The notes beneath the pieces were generated by a model. The model worked only from the letters and a program-made list of their open reading frames with translations. It ran no database searches and was not told the DNA's origin. A program made the position numbers and the translations under genes. Shown here in pieces: positions 39,801-49,378 of a DNA stretch of 64,000 nt. Source of the stretch: Fibrobacteria bacterium (GTDB lineage: Bacteria > Fibrobacterota > Fibrobacteria > UBA11236); NCBI GenBank assembly GCA_043745805.1, contig JAYTSD010000045.1, positions 1 through 64,000 on the forward strand, read 5' to 3'. How positions within the stretch are numbered: position 1 is the first letter of the stretch; each line of letters begins with the position of its first letter.

Positions 39801-39848
39801 ATCAACCATTTTTACCAAGGTATAGTTTGGTCCGCTAATTGGAAATAA
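36825..39848 (+). CDS. Lipoprotein with tandem PKD/Ig-like repeats and C-terminal ThuA-like domain
   Basis: Lipobox-like LLCC; repeats FDFNGDG/WDFDGDG/WDYNHDG/LDYEGDG; GGYVGMHG, DEEWY, HPVSW, FYTSMGH. Confidence 0.85.
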   Translation: MAIKFMQNQILVKSHKNFYTFLISLFCAAVLLCCNLADNGKDKVVINVDADSSLTKFSKTQVLMIDDVTKDTTVLFDGKLNSLSQLKNIAAPNYRGQKVKIIIRGFYDDILSYEEDRDFDGQNNKITDKKIVIDTIKITPPIDKPLNKKPYFLNNSGKQELDISIKDTVTFIDSALDEDGNIKDFAFDFNGDGKFDSSISMTANKVKVNALHVYNDSGKYKAIMRVTDDSGALAYDTIEILVEKDVPKVDPGPKIVKRPGIVDLSGSYTQKFGKIVMFKWDFDGDGKYDDSSATTALMSHNYVNENTYLARFYVRDDDGNEATGTREVVISATQKIVNTLPSISGFTHVFLKSIKDTVNLNVTASDEDGKVMQYSWDYNHDGKADTTITTNAKVVSISFSKVYPDSGSFKLILNVKDDSGAVVSDTSIVNVLLDAPKANAGNDTTVITGTAIWLHAEGSDQMGKVVKREWKIGDGAFIPVSKDDTTLMAGVVGKLTCTLRITDDDGNQTLDDKVITINVPAANVLPQITNISINKDTCTIGDTLTITAHGKDTDGKVLQYLLDYEGDGKYDDSAYVNLADIDILMKHRYVKTGFFTTSVKIKDDQGGLAEKSYSVNVKSALPTPNPGQDTTVYAGTSIKLHAKGFDRYNNTVKLEWKGPDGIYRLVGASDTTVAAPQMATVSVYYLRATDIFGQTSEKSINVTVIMASVSVHVILDGKDSVFDAIPLAVGGKVTYMIDTTKLKSYSFQKWVVISGSVDISDTNSRKTDITLNANAAVIKANMISKKILVISATGGFSHGAAIAAARTMISQLGLDHNFAIDFSDSTRNLPPGYFAKYQTVVFNQVTHAGSIFDDFSKLVFEAYYQAGGGYVGMHGSSDLGATWDNYADILGAVFASHKGSLGNLLLDTEASGQAVAQGLPSSYNNLDEEWYNLDKNPRGSSGTKMLFTVRNDSLLGGSTVEHPVSWIRNYKGGRMFYTSMGHSAAPFKLPFIINHFYQGIVWSANWK

Positions 39849-39935
39849 TTCGCTGGCTTAATGGCTAATGCTGAATTAGTTTCTCAGTATTCTTTATCTC
39901 TTTATATTCAACATTTACTTGATTGAGGAATTAAA

Positions 39936-40502
39936 ATGGTTGCAGCCAAATCTAAACCCATAACTAAATCTGTTACTAAAAAAAAGCCTGAAGCAAAAGC
40001 CACAACGAATGCTAAGCCTATCAAAGCACCCAAGCCCTCTGCTATGTCCATCCTAAAAGTAGGCGACAAAGCGCCAGCCTTTAAATTGCAAGATGACATG
40101 GGAAAAACGGTTACCCTCGAAGACTTTAAAGGGAAAAAATTAGTATTGTACTTTTATCCCAAAGACAATACCCCAGGTTGCACGCAAGAAGCCTGCGACT
40201 TCAACGAGGGTTTAGCGAAAATAAAAAAAGCGGGTGCTGAAGTGGTAGGCGTAAGCGCAGACTCCATAGCCGCCCATCAAAAATTTAAAACCAAATACAA
40301 TTTAGGGTTTCGTTTGCTCAGTGATGAAAGCAAAGTTATGCTCGAAAGTTATGGCGTATGGCAAGAGAAGTCCTTGTATGGCCGCAAATTCATGGGCATT
40401 GTGCGTAGCACATTTATCATTGATGAAAAAGGCAAAATCCAAATGATATTTCCCAAAGTAAAAGTAGCGGAACATTTTGAAGAAGTATTACAAGCGCTAT
40501 AA
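39936..40502 (+). CDS. bcp: Thioredoxin-dependent peroxiredoxin Bcp/PrxQ
   Basis: LYFYPKDNTPGCTQEAC, RSTFIID; Lys-rich N-terminal extension. Confidence 0.95.
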   Translation: MVAAKSKPITKSVTKKKPEAKATTNAKPIKAPKPSAMSILKVGDKAPAFKLQDDMGKTVTLEDFKGKKLVLYFYPKDNTPGCTQEACDFNEGLAKIKKAGAEVVGVSADSIAAHQKFKTKYNLGFRLLSDESKVMLESYGVWQEKSLYGRKFMGIVRSTFIIDEKGKIQMIFPKVKVAEHFEEVLQAL

Positions 40503-41740
40503 TGCTTCCCATTGTCAAAAAGAAAATAGTTCTCCTGGGTGCTGGCTTCGCCGCTTTTCGCTTTTTAAAAGAAATTGATAATGAATTATTTGATGTTACC
40601 TTGGTGAGTCCACGGAATCATTTTGTGTTTACGCCCTTGTTACCAAGTACTACCGTAGGTACGGTGGAATTTCGTAGCATTATGGAACCTGTACGTTACG
40701 CCTTTCCGGGACTGGAATTTTGCTTAGCTTCGGCCACACACTTAGACGTGGACCAGAAAATTTTACATTGCCAAAGTGGTATTGATGCTTATCAATTTTC
40801 CTTAATATATGACATTCTCATTCTTGCCGTAGGCGCTATTAGCAGCACTTTCGGGGTGGAAGGGGTAAAGGAAAACGCTCTTTTTTTAAAAGAAATTTCA
40901 GATGCCAGGGCTTTACGACAAAAAATTATCGCTTGTCTAGAACAAGCTTCCGAACCCGGAATTTCTACTGAAGAAAGAAAACGCCTATTGCATTTTGTGG
41001 TGGTTGGTGGTGGCCCAACAGGTGTGGAATTTGCGGCTGAGTTACACGATTTTTTATCAGAAGATTTAGAAAAAGCCTATGCAGCTTTAAAAGGCGATGT
41101 ACGTATTTCTTTAGTGGATGCGGGTAAATATTTGCTCAGTAGTTTTGATCAGACTTTAGGAGAATATGCTGCGGCTCATTTTCAACGCAAACGCATTGAA
41201 GTGAAAAATCAATGCCATGTGGTGAAAGTGGAAAAAGAAAAATTGCATCTGCAAAATGGCGAACAAATTCCCTATGGTTTTTTGGCATGGACTGCCGGCA
41301 TCGCTCCTACCGATTTTGTGCAGACTTTGCCTTTTTCGAAGGACAAAGCAGGTCGCTTAAGCGTTAATGAATTTTTTCAGATTAATAATTATCCTGCACA
41401 TTATGCTTTGGGTGATTGCATGGCTCTGGCATTAAATCCATTACCCGCTACGGCTCAAGTGGCCGAACAAGAAGGCATGTATCTTGGACGTTACCTTAAT
41501 GCACAAGCCAAGCAAAAAACCATAAAACCTTTTCGTTATAAGCATGCTGGTATGTTGGCCTATATCGGTGGACAACGCGGTTTAGCGGATTTAAATGGAT
41601 TTAAGGGCAAAGGTTTTTCCACCTTTATTTTTTGGCGTTCAGCCTATTTCACTAAATTGGTGAGTTTTCGGAATAAAACCTTGGTTTTATTTGATTGGTG
41701 CAAAACTTTTTTATTCGGTCGCGATATTAGCCGGATGTAA
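40502..41740 (+). CDS. ndh: Type II NADH:quinone oxidoreductase
   Basis: GAGFAA, FTPLL, GGGPTGVEFAAE, AQVAEQEG. Confidence 0.9.
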   Translation: MLPIVKKKIVLLGAGFAAFRFLKEIDNELFDVTLVSPRNHFVFTPLLPSTTVGTVEFRSIMEPVRYAFPGLEFCLASATHLDVDQKILHCQSGIDAYQFSLIYDILILAVGAISSTFGVEGVKENALFLKEISDARALRQKIIACLEQASEPGISTEERKRLLHFVVVGGGPTGVEFAAELHDFLSEDLEKAYAALKGDVRISLVDAGKYLLSSFDQTLGEYAAAHFQRKRIEVKNQCHVVKVEKEKLHLQNGEQIPYGFLAWTAGIAPTDFVQTLPFSKDKAGRLSVNEFFQINNYPAHYALGDCMALALNPLPATAQVAEQEGMYLGRYLNAQAKQKTIKPFRYKHAGMLAYIGGQRGLADLNGFKGKGFSTFIFWRSAYFTKLVSFRNKTLVLFDWCKTFLFGRDISRM

Positions 41741-41798
41741 TGCCGCGAAGAAAATCCGCGAGCCCTTGCACCTATAACAATTTCCTTGTGGAGTATTT

Positions 41799-43850
41799 AT
41801 GTCTTCTTTAGTCCATTCGTCTCAGTATCCAGCCAATGCTTTAATCCATGAAACCAGCCCTTATCTATTACAGCATGCGCATAACCCCGTGCAATGGCAG
41901 CCTTGGGGCGATAAAGCTCTAGCGCAAGCGAAGCAAGAAAATAAATTATTACTGATTAGCATAGGCTATTCGGCTTGCCATTGGTGTCATGTGATGGAAA
42001 GAGAATCTTTCGAAGATCAAGCCACTGCCGATATTATGAATGCGCATTATATCTGCATTAAGGTGGATAGGGAAGAGCGACCCGATGTGGATCAAGTTTA
42101 TATGCATGCCGTGCAATTGTTGACGGGGCAGGGCGGATGGCCATTGAATTGCTTTGCTTTGCCCGATGGTCGACCAGTTTATGGCGGTACTTATTTTCAA
42201 AATCGCAATTGGAAAGAGATTTTGCAAAACTTAGCGAGTGCTTGGGTTGAGGAGCCTGCAAAGGTTATAACTGCGGCAGAACAATTGACCAAAGGGCTGC
42301 AAAGGCCGGAAACGCCGCTCATCGAAAGAGAACCTGCACCCTTTAATTCACAGGGTTTGCGTGCCATGTATGGAAATTGGCGAGAGTACTTTGATAGACG
42401 TGAGGGTGGTCCCAATCGTGCGCCAAAATTTCCTTTGCCGAATAATTATCAATTTCTACTACGTTTCGCAATTTTACTTTCCGAAGAAAGCGCTTTGCGT
42501 CAAGTTAAATTGACTTTAGAAAAAATGGCCTATGGTGGAATTTATGATCAAATTGGCGGTGGATTTGCACGTTACTCTACGGATGCCTTATGGAAGGCGC
42601 CGCATTTTGAAAAGATGTTATACGATAATGGACAATTGCTAGAGCTATATGCTGAGGCCTATCAGGCCATAGGTGAGCCACTTTATCGCGATATTGTTTA
42701 TGGTATAAAGGATTTTATAGTCAGAGAGCTCACCTCGCCGGAAGGCGGCTTTTATTCAGCATTAGATGCGGACAGTGAAGGGGAAGAGGGCAAGTATTAT
42801 GTGTGGAGTGAGGCGGAATTAAAAGCGTTGCTGGGAGATGATTTTGCTTTGGCACAAAATTATTTTAATGTGAATGAAAAAGGCTTATGGGAACATGGGC
42901 AATATATTTTATTAAGATATGATAGTGATAATACTGTTGCCCAAAGCCATGGTCTTACCTTAGAGGAAATGGCAATACGCATCGAAAATATTAATACCAA
43001 ACTTTTAATGGAACGCGAAAAAAGAATTAAGCCAGGCTTAGACGATAAAATGCTTATCTCTTGGAATGCCTTGGCGGTGCTCGGATTGACAAAGGCTTAT
43101 AAAGCTTTTGGCGATGAAATCTTTTTGCAATTGGCTTTAAAAAATGCGCATACTATTTTGTTTAAAGCAAAAACCATCGACGGTGGCTTATGGCATAGTG
43201 CGAAGAATCAGGAATTTACTATTCAAGGGTTTTTGGAAGACTATGCTTTCACTATGGAAGCCTTTATTGCTTTGTATGAAGTCACCTTTGATTTAGCATG
43301 GGTGGAACAGGCAGCCAAGCTTATGGATTATGTATGGGCGCATTTTGAAGATGAAAATTCTGCCTTATTTTATTTTACTTCGAATACCGCAACGCCTTTG
43401 GTGGCACGCAAAAAAGAAACACAAGACAATGTGATACCTGCGTCAAATTCTAGTTTAGCGAAAAGTTTATTTTGGTTAGGACATTTTTTAGATCGCCGCG
43501 AATATTGTGATCGGGCATCGCGTATGTTAGCCGTAGTGCAGCGCGAATTACCGATTTATGGATCGAGTTATTCGAATTGGGCACAATTATTTTTGCAAGT
43601 GGCCTGCCCTTTTTATCAAGTGGTGATTGTGGGAAATCAAGCCGAGGCTATGCGCAAAGAGCTATCCAGCTATTTCTTACCCCAGATTTTATTAGCGGGA
43701 TGTGAACAAACGAACAGTTACCCGCTTTTTAAAGATAGAGGAGTAGAGGGTAAAACTTTGTTTTATGTGTGCAAGGACGGTACTTGCAGCTTACCTGTTG
43801 AAAATATTTTTCAGGTACTAGAACAGCTTAAATTTCCTGCAGCAAATTGA
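41799..43850 (+). CDS. YyaL/SSP411-like thioredoxin-domain protein
   Basis: [34 protein letters not shown]. Confidence 0.95.
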   Translation: MSSLVHSSQYPANALIHETSPYLLQHAHNPVQWQPWGDKALAQAKQENKLLLISIGYSACHWCHVMERESFEDQATADIMNAHYICIKVDREERPDVDQVYMHAVQLLTGQGGWPLNCFALPDGRPVYGGTYFQNRNWKEILQNLASAWVEEPAKVITAAEQLTKGLQRPETPLIEREPAPFNSQGLRAMYGNWREYFDRREGGPNRAPKFPLPNNYQFLLRFAILLSEESALRQVKLTLEKMAYGGIYDQIGGGFARYSTDALWKAPHFEKMLYDNGQLLELYAEAYQAIGEPLYRDIVYGIKDFIVRELTSPEGGFYSALDADSEGEEGKYYVWSEAELKALLGDDFALAQNYFNVNEKGLWEHGQYILLRYDSDNTVAQSHGLTLEEMAIRIENINTKLLMEREKRIKPGLDDKMLISWNALAVLGLTKAYKAFGDEIFLQLALKNAHTILFKAKTIDGGLWHSAKNQEFTIQGFLEDYAFTMEAFIALYEVTFDLAWVEQAAKLMDYVWAHFEDENSALFYFTSNTATPLVARKKETQDNVIPASNSSLAKSLFWLGHFLDRREYCDRASRMLAVVQRELPIYGSSYSNWAQLFLQVACPFYQVVIVGNQAEAMRKELSSYFLPQILLAGCEQTNSYPLFKDRGVEGKTLFYVCKDGTCSLPVENIFQVLEQLKFPAAN

Positions 43851-43866
43851 CGTGAAGCATTTTTTT

Positions 43867-43975
43867 TTACTAAAGCCATTGAAATCAATGGTTTAGGGGC
43901 CTAGGGTGGAATCGTTTTGGAGTGCGACCACTAGGGCCTTGGCGAGGCTTGCTGCTGTAGCCCTTGCCTTAGTAA
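43867..43975. other. GC-rich multi-hairpin element (candidate ncRNA or repeat element)
   Basis: TTACTAA/TTAGTAA closing stem enclosing three hairpins. Confidence 0.35.
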
Positions 43976-44085
43976 GCTTAGAAAAGATCAGAAAGTTAAA
44001 TTTCGCTTTGCTTTTGCAAAAAATTGTAGTATTATCTCCCCAAGGCTTAATTGTTAGGCCCTTACACCTAAGAAAAGGATAATCA

Positions 44086-44385
44086 ATGAACAAGCAAGAA
44101 CTCGTTCACGCCGTGTTGGAAGACTCTTCGGCTGGTATTGAAACCAAAGCTGCAGCCGAAAGAGCTGTTAATGCAGTATTAGCTGGAATCGAAACTGGCA
44201 TCAAGAAAGACGGAAATGTCCAATTGATTGGCTTCGGAACTTTCTCGATCAAAAGCCGTGCAGCTCGCAAGGGTCGCAATCCTTCCACTGGCGAAGAAAT
44301 TAAAATCAAAGCTTCTAAGACTGTTGGCTTCAAAGCCGGTCTTGCTTTGAAAGAAACTGCTAAAAAAGCCAAGCCAAAAGCTTAA
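44086..44385 (+). CDS. hup: HU family DNA-binding protein
   Basis: MNKQEL, GFGTF, RKGRNPSTGEEIKI. Confidence 0.96.
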   Translation: MNKQELVHAVLEDSSAGIETKAAAERAVNAVLAGIETGIKKDGNVQLIGFGTFSIKSRAARKGRNPSTGEEIKIKASKTVGFKAGLALKETAKKAKPKA

Positions 44386-44424
44386 GCTTTTTTTGCAATT
44401 TATCACAATTAAAATTGTGAGTGT

Positions 44425-44451
44425 GAAAGGGAGGTTAAAGCCTCCCTTTTC
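44425..44451 (+). terminator. Rho-independent terminator
   Basis: AAAGGGAGG-ttaaag-CCTCCCTTTT downstream of HU; preceded by TCACAATT/AATTGTGA hairpin at 44403-44420. Confidence 0.8.
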
Positions 44452-44525
44452 ATTTCCCCACTATTTTTTCGACATTTTTATTTTCCTATTCAGGTAAACC
44501 TTTACATAAGCACTATTTATTTTTT

Positions 44526-45377
44526 ATGGTTGCCCCCATGGTATTAGCTTCTCCGGAATTAATTGTTGGGCGCATCCCTTTTTTAGTCTGCGCTCCATTT
44601 TTTCATAGCACATTAGAGGGTTCTCCATTCATGCGTTTTGTAGATGGGGTACCGCGTAAGCTCAATCAGGAGTTACATGCAAGCTGTATTGATTGTGCGC
44701 CTTCTTCGAGTATTGAATATGCACGTCATAGCTCCGATTATTTTCTTTTCCCAGGGATTTCCACTTCCAGTAAAATGGAAATGCGATCCGTATTATTGCT
44801 TTCCCAAAAGCCTTGGGAGGAATTGCAGGATGAACCTGTACAATTATCCTCTGATTCCGACACCTCCAACGTTTTATTTCAAATATTAAGTCAACGGTTT
44901 TATAAGGTAAAGCCACTGTATATCGATGCAGAAAAAAATATCTCTTTAAAGCCTGAAAAAATTATAGCTCAAGTTTTTATTGGAGATGAAGCATTACGAC
45001 AATCACAAAGTGGAAATTGGCCCTATCGATATGACTTAGGTGGGGAATGGCGGCATTGGCAAGGATTACCTTTTGCTTTTGGTTTATGGATGGTACGGAA
45101 AGCCATTTGGCCAGAGAAAAAAATTATTTTATCAACTTGGCGAAACACCTTACAAGAATCCTTACAATTTTTTAAAAGAGATCCCGCCCTTGCATTACAA
45201 AAGTGGATGGCAAAATACCCTTCCACCTTAACAATGGAATTTGCCTTAGATTTTTACAATAGTGCTGATTATACTTTTGGTCTTGAACAAGAAGAAAGCT
45301 TGCAAACCTATTTTCGTTTGGCCTTTGAAGAAAAATTGTTAGCTAAGATTCCAAAGTTACGGTATCTTCCCAGTTAA
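44526..45377 (+). CDS. mqnA: Chorismate dehydratase MqnA (futalosine pathway)
   Basis: VGRIPFL, SSIEY, SVLL, SDTS, IGDEAL, DLGGEW...GLPFAFGLW. Confidence 0.8.
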   Translation: MVAPMVLASPELIVGRIPFLVCAPFFHSTLEGSPFMRFVDGVPRKLNQELHASCIDCAPSSSIEYARHSSDYFLFPGISTSSKMEMRSVLLLSQKPWEELQDEPVQLSSDSDTSNVLFQILSQRFYKVKPLYIDAEKNISLKPEKIIAQVFIGDEALRQSQSGNWPYRYDLGGEWRHWQGLPFAFGLWMVRKAIWPEKKIILSTWRNTLQESLQFFKRDPALALQKWMAKYPSTLTMEFALDFYNSADYTFGLEQEESLQTYFRLAFEEKLLAKIPKLRYLPS

Positions 45378-46021
45378 TATCCAGTTTCGGTTTTCAAAAA
45401 GGCTCGAATTGCTTGCGGATGGGAAAGCGTGAGTAAATGATTTTTCGTTTGCAATAACTGTGCTCCTGGTTCAGGTTTAATTAACCAATCTCCTTTTCCG
45501 TGAATCTGGGCCATAGGGATTTGTGGCCGACAACCTTGCCAAGTGCGAATAAGTCTTGGCATGCAACGCATAAGCTTAGGTGAAAAATTTTCGAGCATGG
45601 AATAAAAAACGGCTTCTGAATTACCCGACAACAATTTTTTTCGCTTTAAAATGGGAATGATTAGAGCATACCCTCGACGGATGGCGAAAGAGGGCAATAG
45701 AGGGGCTAAATATGAAAGCCGCAAGTATATTTTGCGAATATAGCGAGGATGACTACAGGAAGAAATCAGCAAAATCTTTTTTGCACCAAAATGGGCAGCT
45801 ATTTCCAAGGCTAGCATTCCTCCTAAAGAAACTCCACCTATCATGTCCTCTGGACTAAACCCAACTTTCTCAGCAAGGCGCAAAGCGTAGCTTTTTAGGG
45901 TATCTTGCGCTTCAAAAGGAATAAAATCAACCAAGATGAAATTTTCTAAAGGCAATTCCAGCGTCGAAAAAGCTCTTTTATCAAGGGCAAAACCAGTAAT
46001 TAAAAAAATGCGTGATGACAT
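45374..46021 (-). CDS. Alpha/beta hydrolase
   Basis: GVSLGG nucleophile elbow; IHGKGDWLI; C-terminal His. Confidence 0.85.
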   Translation of the reverse strand: MSSRIFLITGFALDKRAFSTLELPLENFILVDFIPFEAQDTLKSYALRLAEKVGFSPEDMIGGVSLGGMLALEIAAHFGAKKILLISSCSHPRYIRKIYLRLSYLAPLLPSFAIRRGYALIIPILKRKKLLSGNSEAVFYSMLENFSPKLMRCMPRLIRTWQGCRPQIPMAQIHGKGDWLIKPEPGAQLLQTKNHLLTLSHPQAIRAFLKTETGY

Positions 46022-46147
46022 CTTTTAAAAGTAGCACAAAGCTTGGGAAGAAGGATTACAAATTTGAGGAGGATCGCGAAAGGGCGGGAAATTTTTTTTA
46101 CATTGGGTACAAATAAGCTGTCATAATATAAGCAGGGAGTGGCGTGT

Positions 46148-47611
46148 ATGCTTTGCCAACAATGCGGAAAATCAATTTTAGAGAAGACGGTATTCTGTCC
46201 GCAGTGTGGTTTACGCTTGGAAGATGAATTTGCCCCTAATGCTAATCCCGTTCCAATAATCAAAGCGGCCAGTGCCAATCAACATGGCTCGCGTACAGCC
46301 ATTCCTCAGCGAGGCGATATTTATGCGGGTCGATATCAAATTGAACGCTATTTAGGGATGGGCAGTTTATGTAATTCTTTTTTATGTCGCGATACTTTTG
46401 CAAACAATCAGGAAGTTGTTTTAAAAATAATGCATGCGCGTAAAGCTGCTGAGCCCCATTTTATTGAAGCCTTTTTATTTTTAGCCAATTCCGTAGCGGA
46501 ATATCAATCGTCAGGCATAGCAAAAATTTATCAAAGTGGTCAATATGAAGGTTCAGCCTATTATACCATGGAATTTGTTACGGGCATACCTTTACGTATG
46601 TGGTTATTAGAAAGATTAACTTTTGAAAATCGGGTATTACAAGGTTTAGCTTTAGTTCGTAAATTGCTAAAAATTTTGGAAGTGGTGCATGAACGTAGCT
46701 GTTATGGATGTTTAAAACCTGAAAATATATTTGTTACCCCTGCTGGCCCAGTGATCATGGATTTTGGTGTATGCGGATTTTTAAATCCCCAAGAATTTGA
46801 ATTCAATGCTTATGCTCGTCGTTATCTACCCTATATGGCACCGGAACTAAAGCAGGATTGGGCAAATCTAGTTCCGCAAAGTGATTCGTATTCGGTAGGA
46901 GCTATTCTTTATGAAATTCTTGCAGGCCGCGTACCTTCGGGACAAATTCGTTTACCGAGTCAATTAAGTTCACTATTTGGTATTGAAGCCGATGAATTAA
47001 TTTTGCAGGCCTTGTCGAATAAACCTAATGATCGATTTGTTTCCATAAATGCTTTTTCTAATGCTTTAGACACTTTACAATCGAATTTATTTCAAGCGCG
47101 TCAAAAAGCGACATTGGAAAACCCAACACATCCGATTAACAGAAATTTAAACGCATTAAAACCGATATTGGAAGAGGCGGATAACGGTTTAGAGTTGACT
47201 TCTGATCAACAAACTTTAATGGATCCCAGAAATACTTTTACAAATACTGGTTTTATTGCCAAACCCGCCTTAAGCTCAGGCTCTTTACCTGTATTAGGGG
47301 AAGCCACACAACATGCATCCATTCCCGACTACTTAAAAGAAGCCCCTAAAAATCGACCTGAGACTTCTATACTAGGGACCCAAGTTGCGCGGCGCACAAG
47401 AGTTCCAAGTCCTGCCCTAAATGAACTGCAGCATTCCGAAAGTGCTTTGCAAACAATGCATTTTGTGGCTCCAATAAAGGTTTTCTCCAATACCTTTGAC
47501 GATATTTACCTGGAGGAAAAAGTTCCCATATGGCTATGGCCATTGGTCGGGGGTATGGGCTTAGGAATTATCGGTGGAGCTGTCTATTTAGCTAAGGTGT
47601 TTTCCTTTTAA
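46148..47611 (+). CDS. Zinc-ribbon Ser/Thr protein kinase-like protein (probable pseudokinase) with C-terminal TM helix
   Basis: CQQC...CPQC; GMGS, VLK, LKPEN, DFG, YMAPE, DSYSVG; HRD replaced by YGC; start at ATG 46148 (track GTG 46139). Confidence 0.85.
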   Translation: MLCQQCGKSILEKTVFCPQCGLRLEDEFAPNANPVPIIKAASANQHGSRTAIPQRGDIYAGRYQIERYLGMGSLCNSFLCRDTFANNQEVVLKIMHARKAAEPHFIEAFLFLANSVAEYQSSGIAKIYQSGQYEGSAYYTMEFVTGIPLRMWLLERLTFENRVLQGLALVRKLLKILEVVHERSCYGCLKPENIFVTPAGPVIMDFGVCGFLNPQEFEFNAYARRYLPYMAPELKQDWANLVPQSDSYSVGAILYEILAGRVPSGQIRLPSQLSSLFGIEADELILQALSNKPNDRFVSINAFSNALDTLQSNLFQARQKATLENPTHPINRNLNALKPILEEADNGLELTSDQQTLMDPRNTFTNTGFIAKPALSSGSLPVLGEATQHASIPDYLKEAPKNRPETSILGTQVARRTRVPSPALNELQHSESALQTMHFVAPIKVFSNTFDDIYLEEKVPIWLWPLVGGMGLGIIGGAVYLAKVFSF

Positions 47612-47632
47612 AATCAATGCTACAATTGGTAA

Positions 47633-47986
47633 ATGCAAGTTAGATTAGAAAGAGCTAAATCCATGCTTTCGGGCGAAACACGCGTGTTTCCAGTTATGTA
47701 TTTTGGATACGAAGCGCAAGGTTTTTTACTGCACTATAAAGAAAATTTTTTCGCGTATTTAAATCGTTGTTGTCATTGGCCCATTCCCTTAGATTACGGC
47801 GATGCCGATTTTTTTTATCCTGCAATTGATAGAATTATCTGCAAATCTCATGGTGCAGAATATCATCCAGAAACCGGCATTTGTGAAGCCGGCCCTTGTC
47901 AACGAGCGAAACTATTACAATACCCTATTAGTTGGGATGGGGACGATGTACTAATAAACATAGTAGAAACTGAAAAGCCCTATTGA
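47633..47986 (+). CDS. Rieske [2Fe-2S] ferredoxin
   Basis: CxH (CCH) ... CxxH (CKSH), GPC. Confidence 0.9.
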   Translation: MQVRLERAKSMLSGETRVFPVMYFGYEAQGFLLHYKENFFAYLNRCCHWPIPLDYGDADFFYPAIDRIICKSHGAEYHPETGICEAGPCQRAKLLQYPISWDGDDVLINIVETEKPY

Positions 47987-47990
47987 TTCC

Positions 47991-48530
47991 ATGCAACGCA
48001 TTATAAATAGAGAACCCAAGGGATTGGAAGCTCTTTATGATCGGTATTCACGATTACTATACAGTTTGATTTTTTCGATTGTAAAAAAAAAGCAAGAAGC
48101 AGAAATTATTTTAGAAGAAATTTTTTTGCAGGTTTGGGAAAAAGCACCGACCCATGATTTTTCTAAAAGCAGTGTTTACAGTTGGATTGTTACCATGGCG
48201 CGCTATAAAGCTTTGGATAAAATACATTCCGAAAAATATCGTAATCAAAAACAGGAATTTGGCGAAATAGAAGATTTGGATATTTTTTCCACGCCTCAAC
48301 AATTGGAGCAATTGGATAAAATCCGTTTTATGGAAAGAGAACCATTTGTAAAAGCAGCATTTGCAAAAATTTCGATTGAACAGCAACAATTGATAAAAGC
48401 GGTGTATCTTCAAGGTTACTCGCAAAGTCAAATGGCAGAGCAATATAATCTTCCGTTGGGTACGGTAAAAAATCGCTTTAATGAAGGCATACGAAAAATG
48501 CAAGAAATACTAAAGGATTATTTGCATTGA
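47991..48530 (+). CDS. ECF RNA polymerase sigma factor (SigK-like)
   Basis: LYDRY, FLQVW, SWIVTMAR, PLGTVKNR. Confidence 0.92.
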   Translation: MQRIINREPKGLEALYDRYSRLLYSLIFSIVKKKQEAEIILEEIFLQVWEKAPTHDFSKSSVYSWIVTMARYKALDKIHSEKYRNQKQEFGEIEDLDIFSTPQQLEQLDKIRFMEREPFVKAAFAKISIEQQQLIKAVYLQGYSQSQMAEQYNLPLGTVKNRFNEGIRKMQEILKDYLH

Positions 48531-49378
48531 ACGAAATCAGTAAGGAACAATTTCAAGATTTATGTTCCGCTTATGTTTTGGGCGTATTGGAGGGTGACGA
48601 AGTAGAATTTTTTTTGACGATTTTAAAAGCTCCCACTTTGGAACAGCGTACTATTTATACTGAACTAAACCGTTTAGCGCAGCACTTACCTTTAATAACG
48701 GCACTAGAAACCCCTTCCCTAAGGGTTAAGCAAAAGCTTATGAGTAAAGTGGATCCCACTTATTCTAGCCGGAAAAAAAGTACCGAATTTCAAAGAAATG
48801 AACCCCGTTTAGTCGAGAAAATCTTCCATGTACTAGGAGTTAACACTTATTTTTTTTGGAAAACCACTGTCGCCACGATATTAATAATTAGCCTAGGATT
48901 GGGACTTTATATTTTTCACTTGAAAAATTCCTTGGCTACGCAAAGACTCTTTTCCAACATACAAGCCAAGCAAGTATTGATTTTGCAGGATTCACTACAA
49001 CAGAGCATAAGTATGCTTAAAGTATTACAGACTTCGCAATTGGAAATTGTGGTACTGAACGGTTTAGCGGCGAATTCTAAGGGATATGGAAAAATTTTGT
49101 GGGATGCTATGGATAAAAAGGCTTTACTTTATCTTTCAAATTTACCCATCACGACGCAAGAAAAAACTTATCAATTGTGGGTGATTATTGATAACAAACC
49201 TTTTGCAGTGGGAGTGTTTCCAATTACAGATGGCGCATTAAATCATATTTATAAAATTAACCATTTGCTGGAAACGGATAGACGGCATATAAGTGGCTTT
49301 GCAGTTACGCTCGAACCTAAAGAGGGGAGCACTATGCCTACGGGAAAAATGATTTTAATGGGAAACGCTTTTTTATAA
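48527..49378 (+). CDS. Anti-sigma factor (RskA-like)
   Basis: AYVLGVL N-domain, TM helix, YQLW, FAVTLEP...PTG; TTG start overlapping sigma stop. Confidence 0.9.
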   Translation: MNEISKEQFQDLCSAYVLGVLEGDEVEFFLTILKAPTLEQRTIYTELNRLAQHLPLITALETPSLRVKQKLMSKVDPTYSSRKKSTEFQRNEPRLVEKIFHVLGVNTYFFWKTTVATILIISLGLGLYIFHLKNSLATQRLFSNIQAKQVLILQDSLQQSISMLKVLQTSQLEIVVLNGLAANSKGYGKILWDAMDKKALLYLSNLPITTQEKTYQLWVIIDNKPFAVGVFPITDGALNHIYKINHLLETDRRHISGFAVTLEPKEGSTMPTGKMILMGNAFL

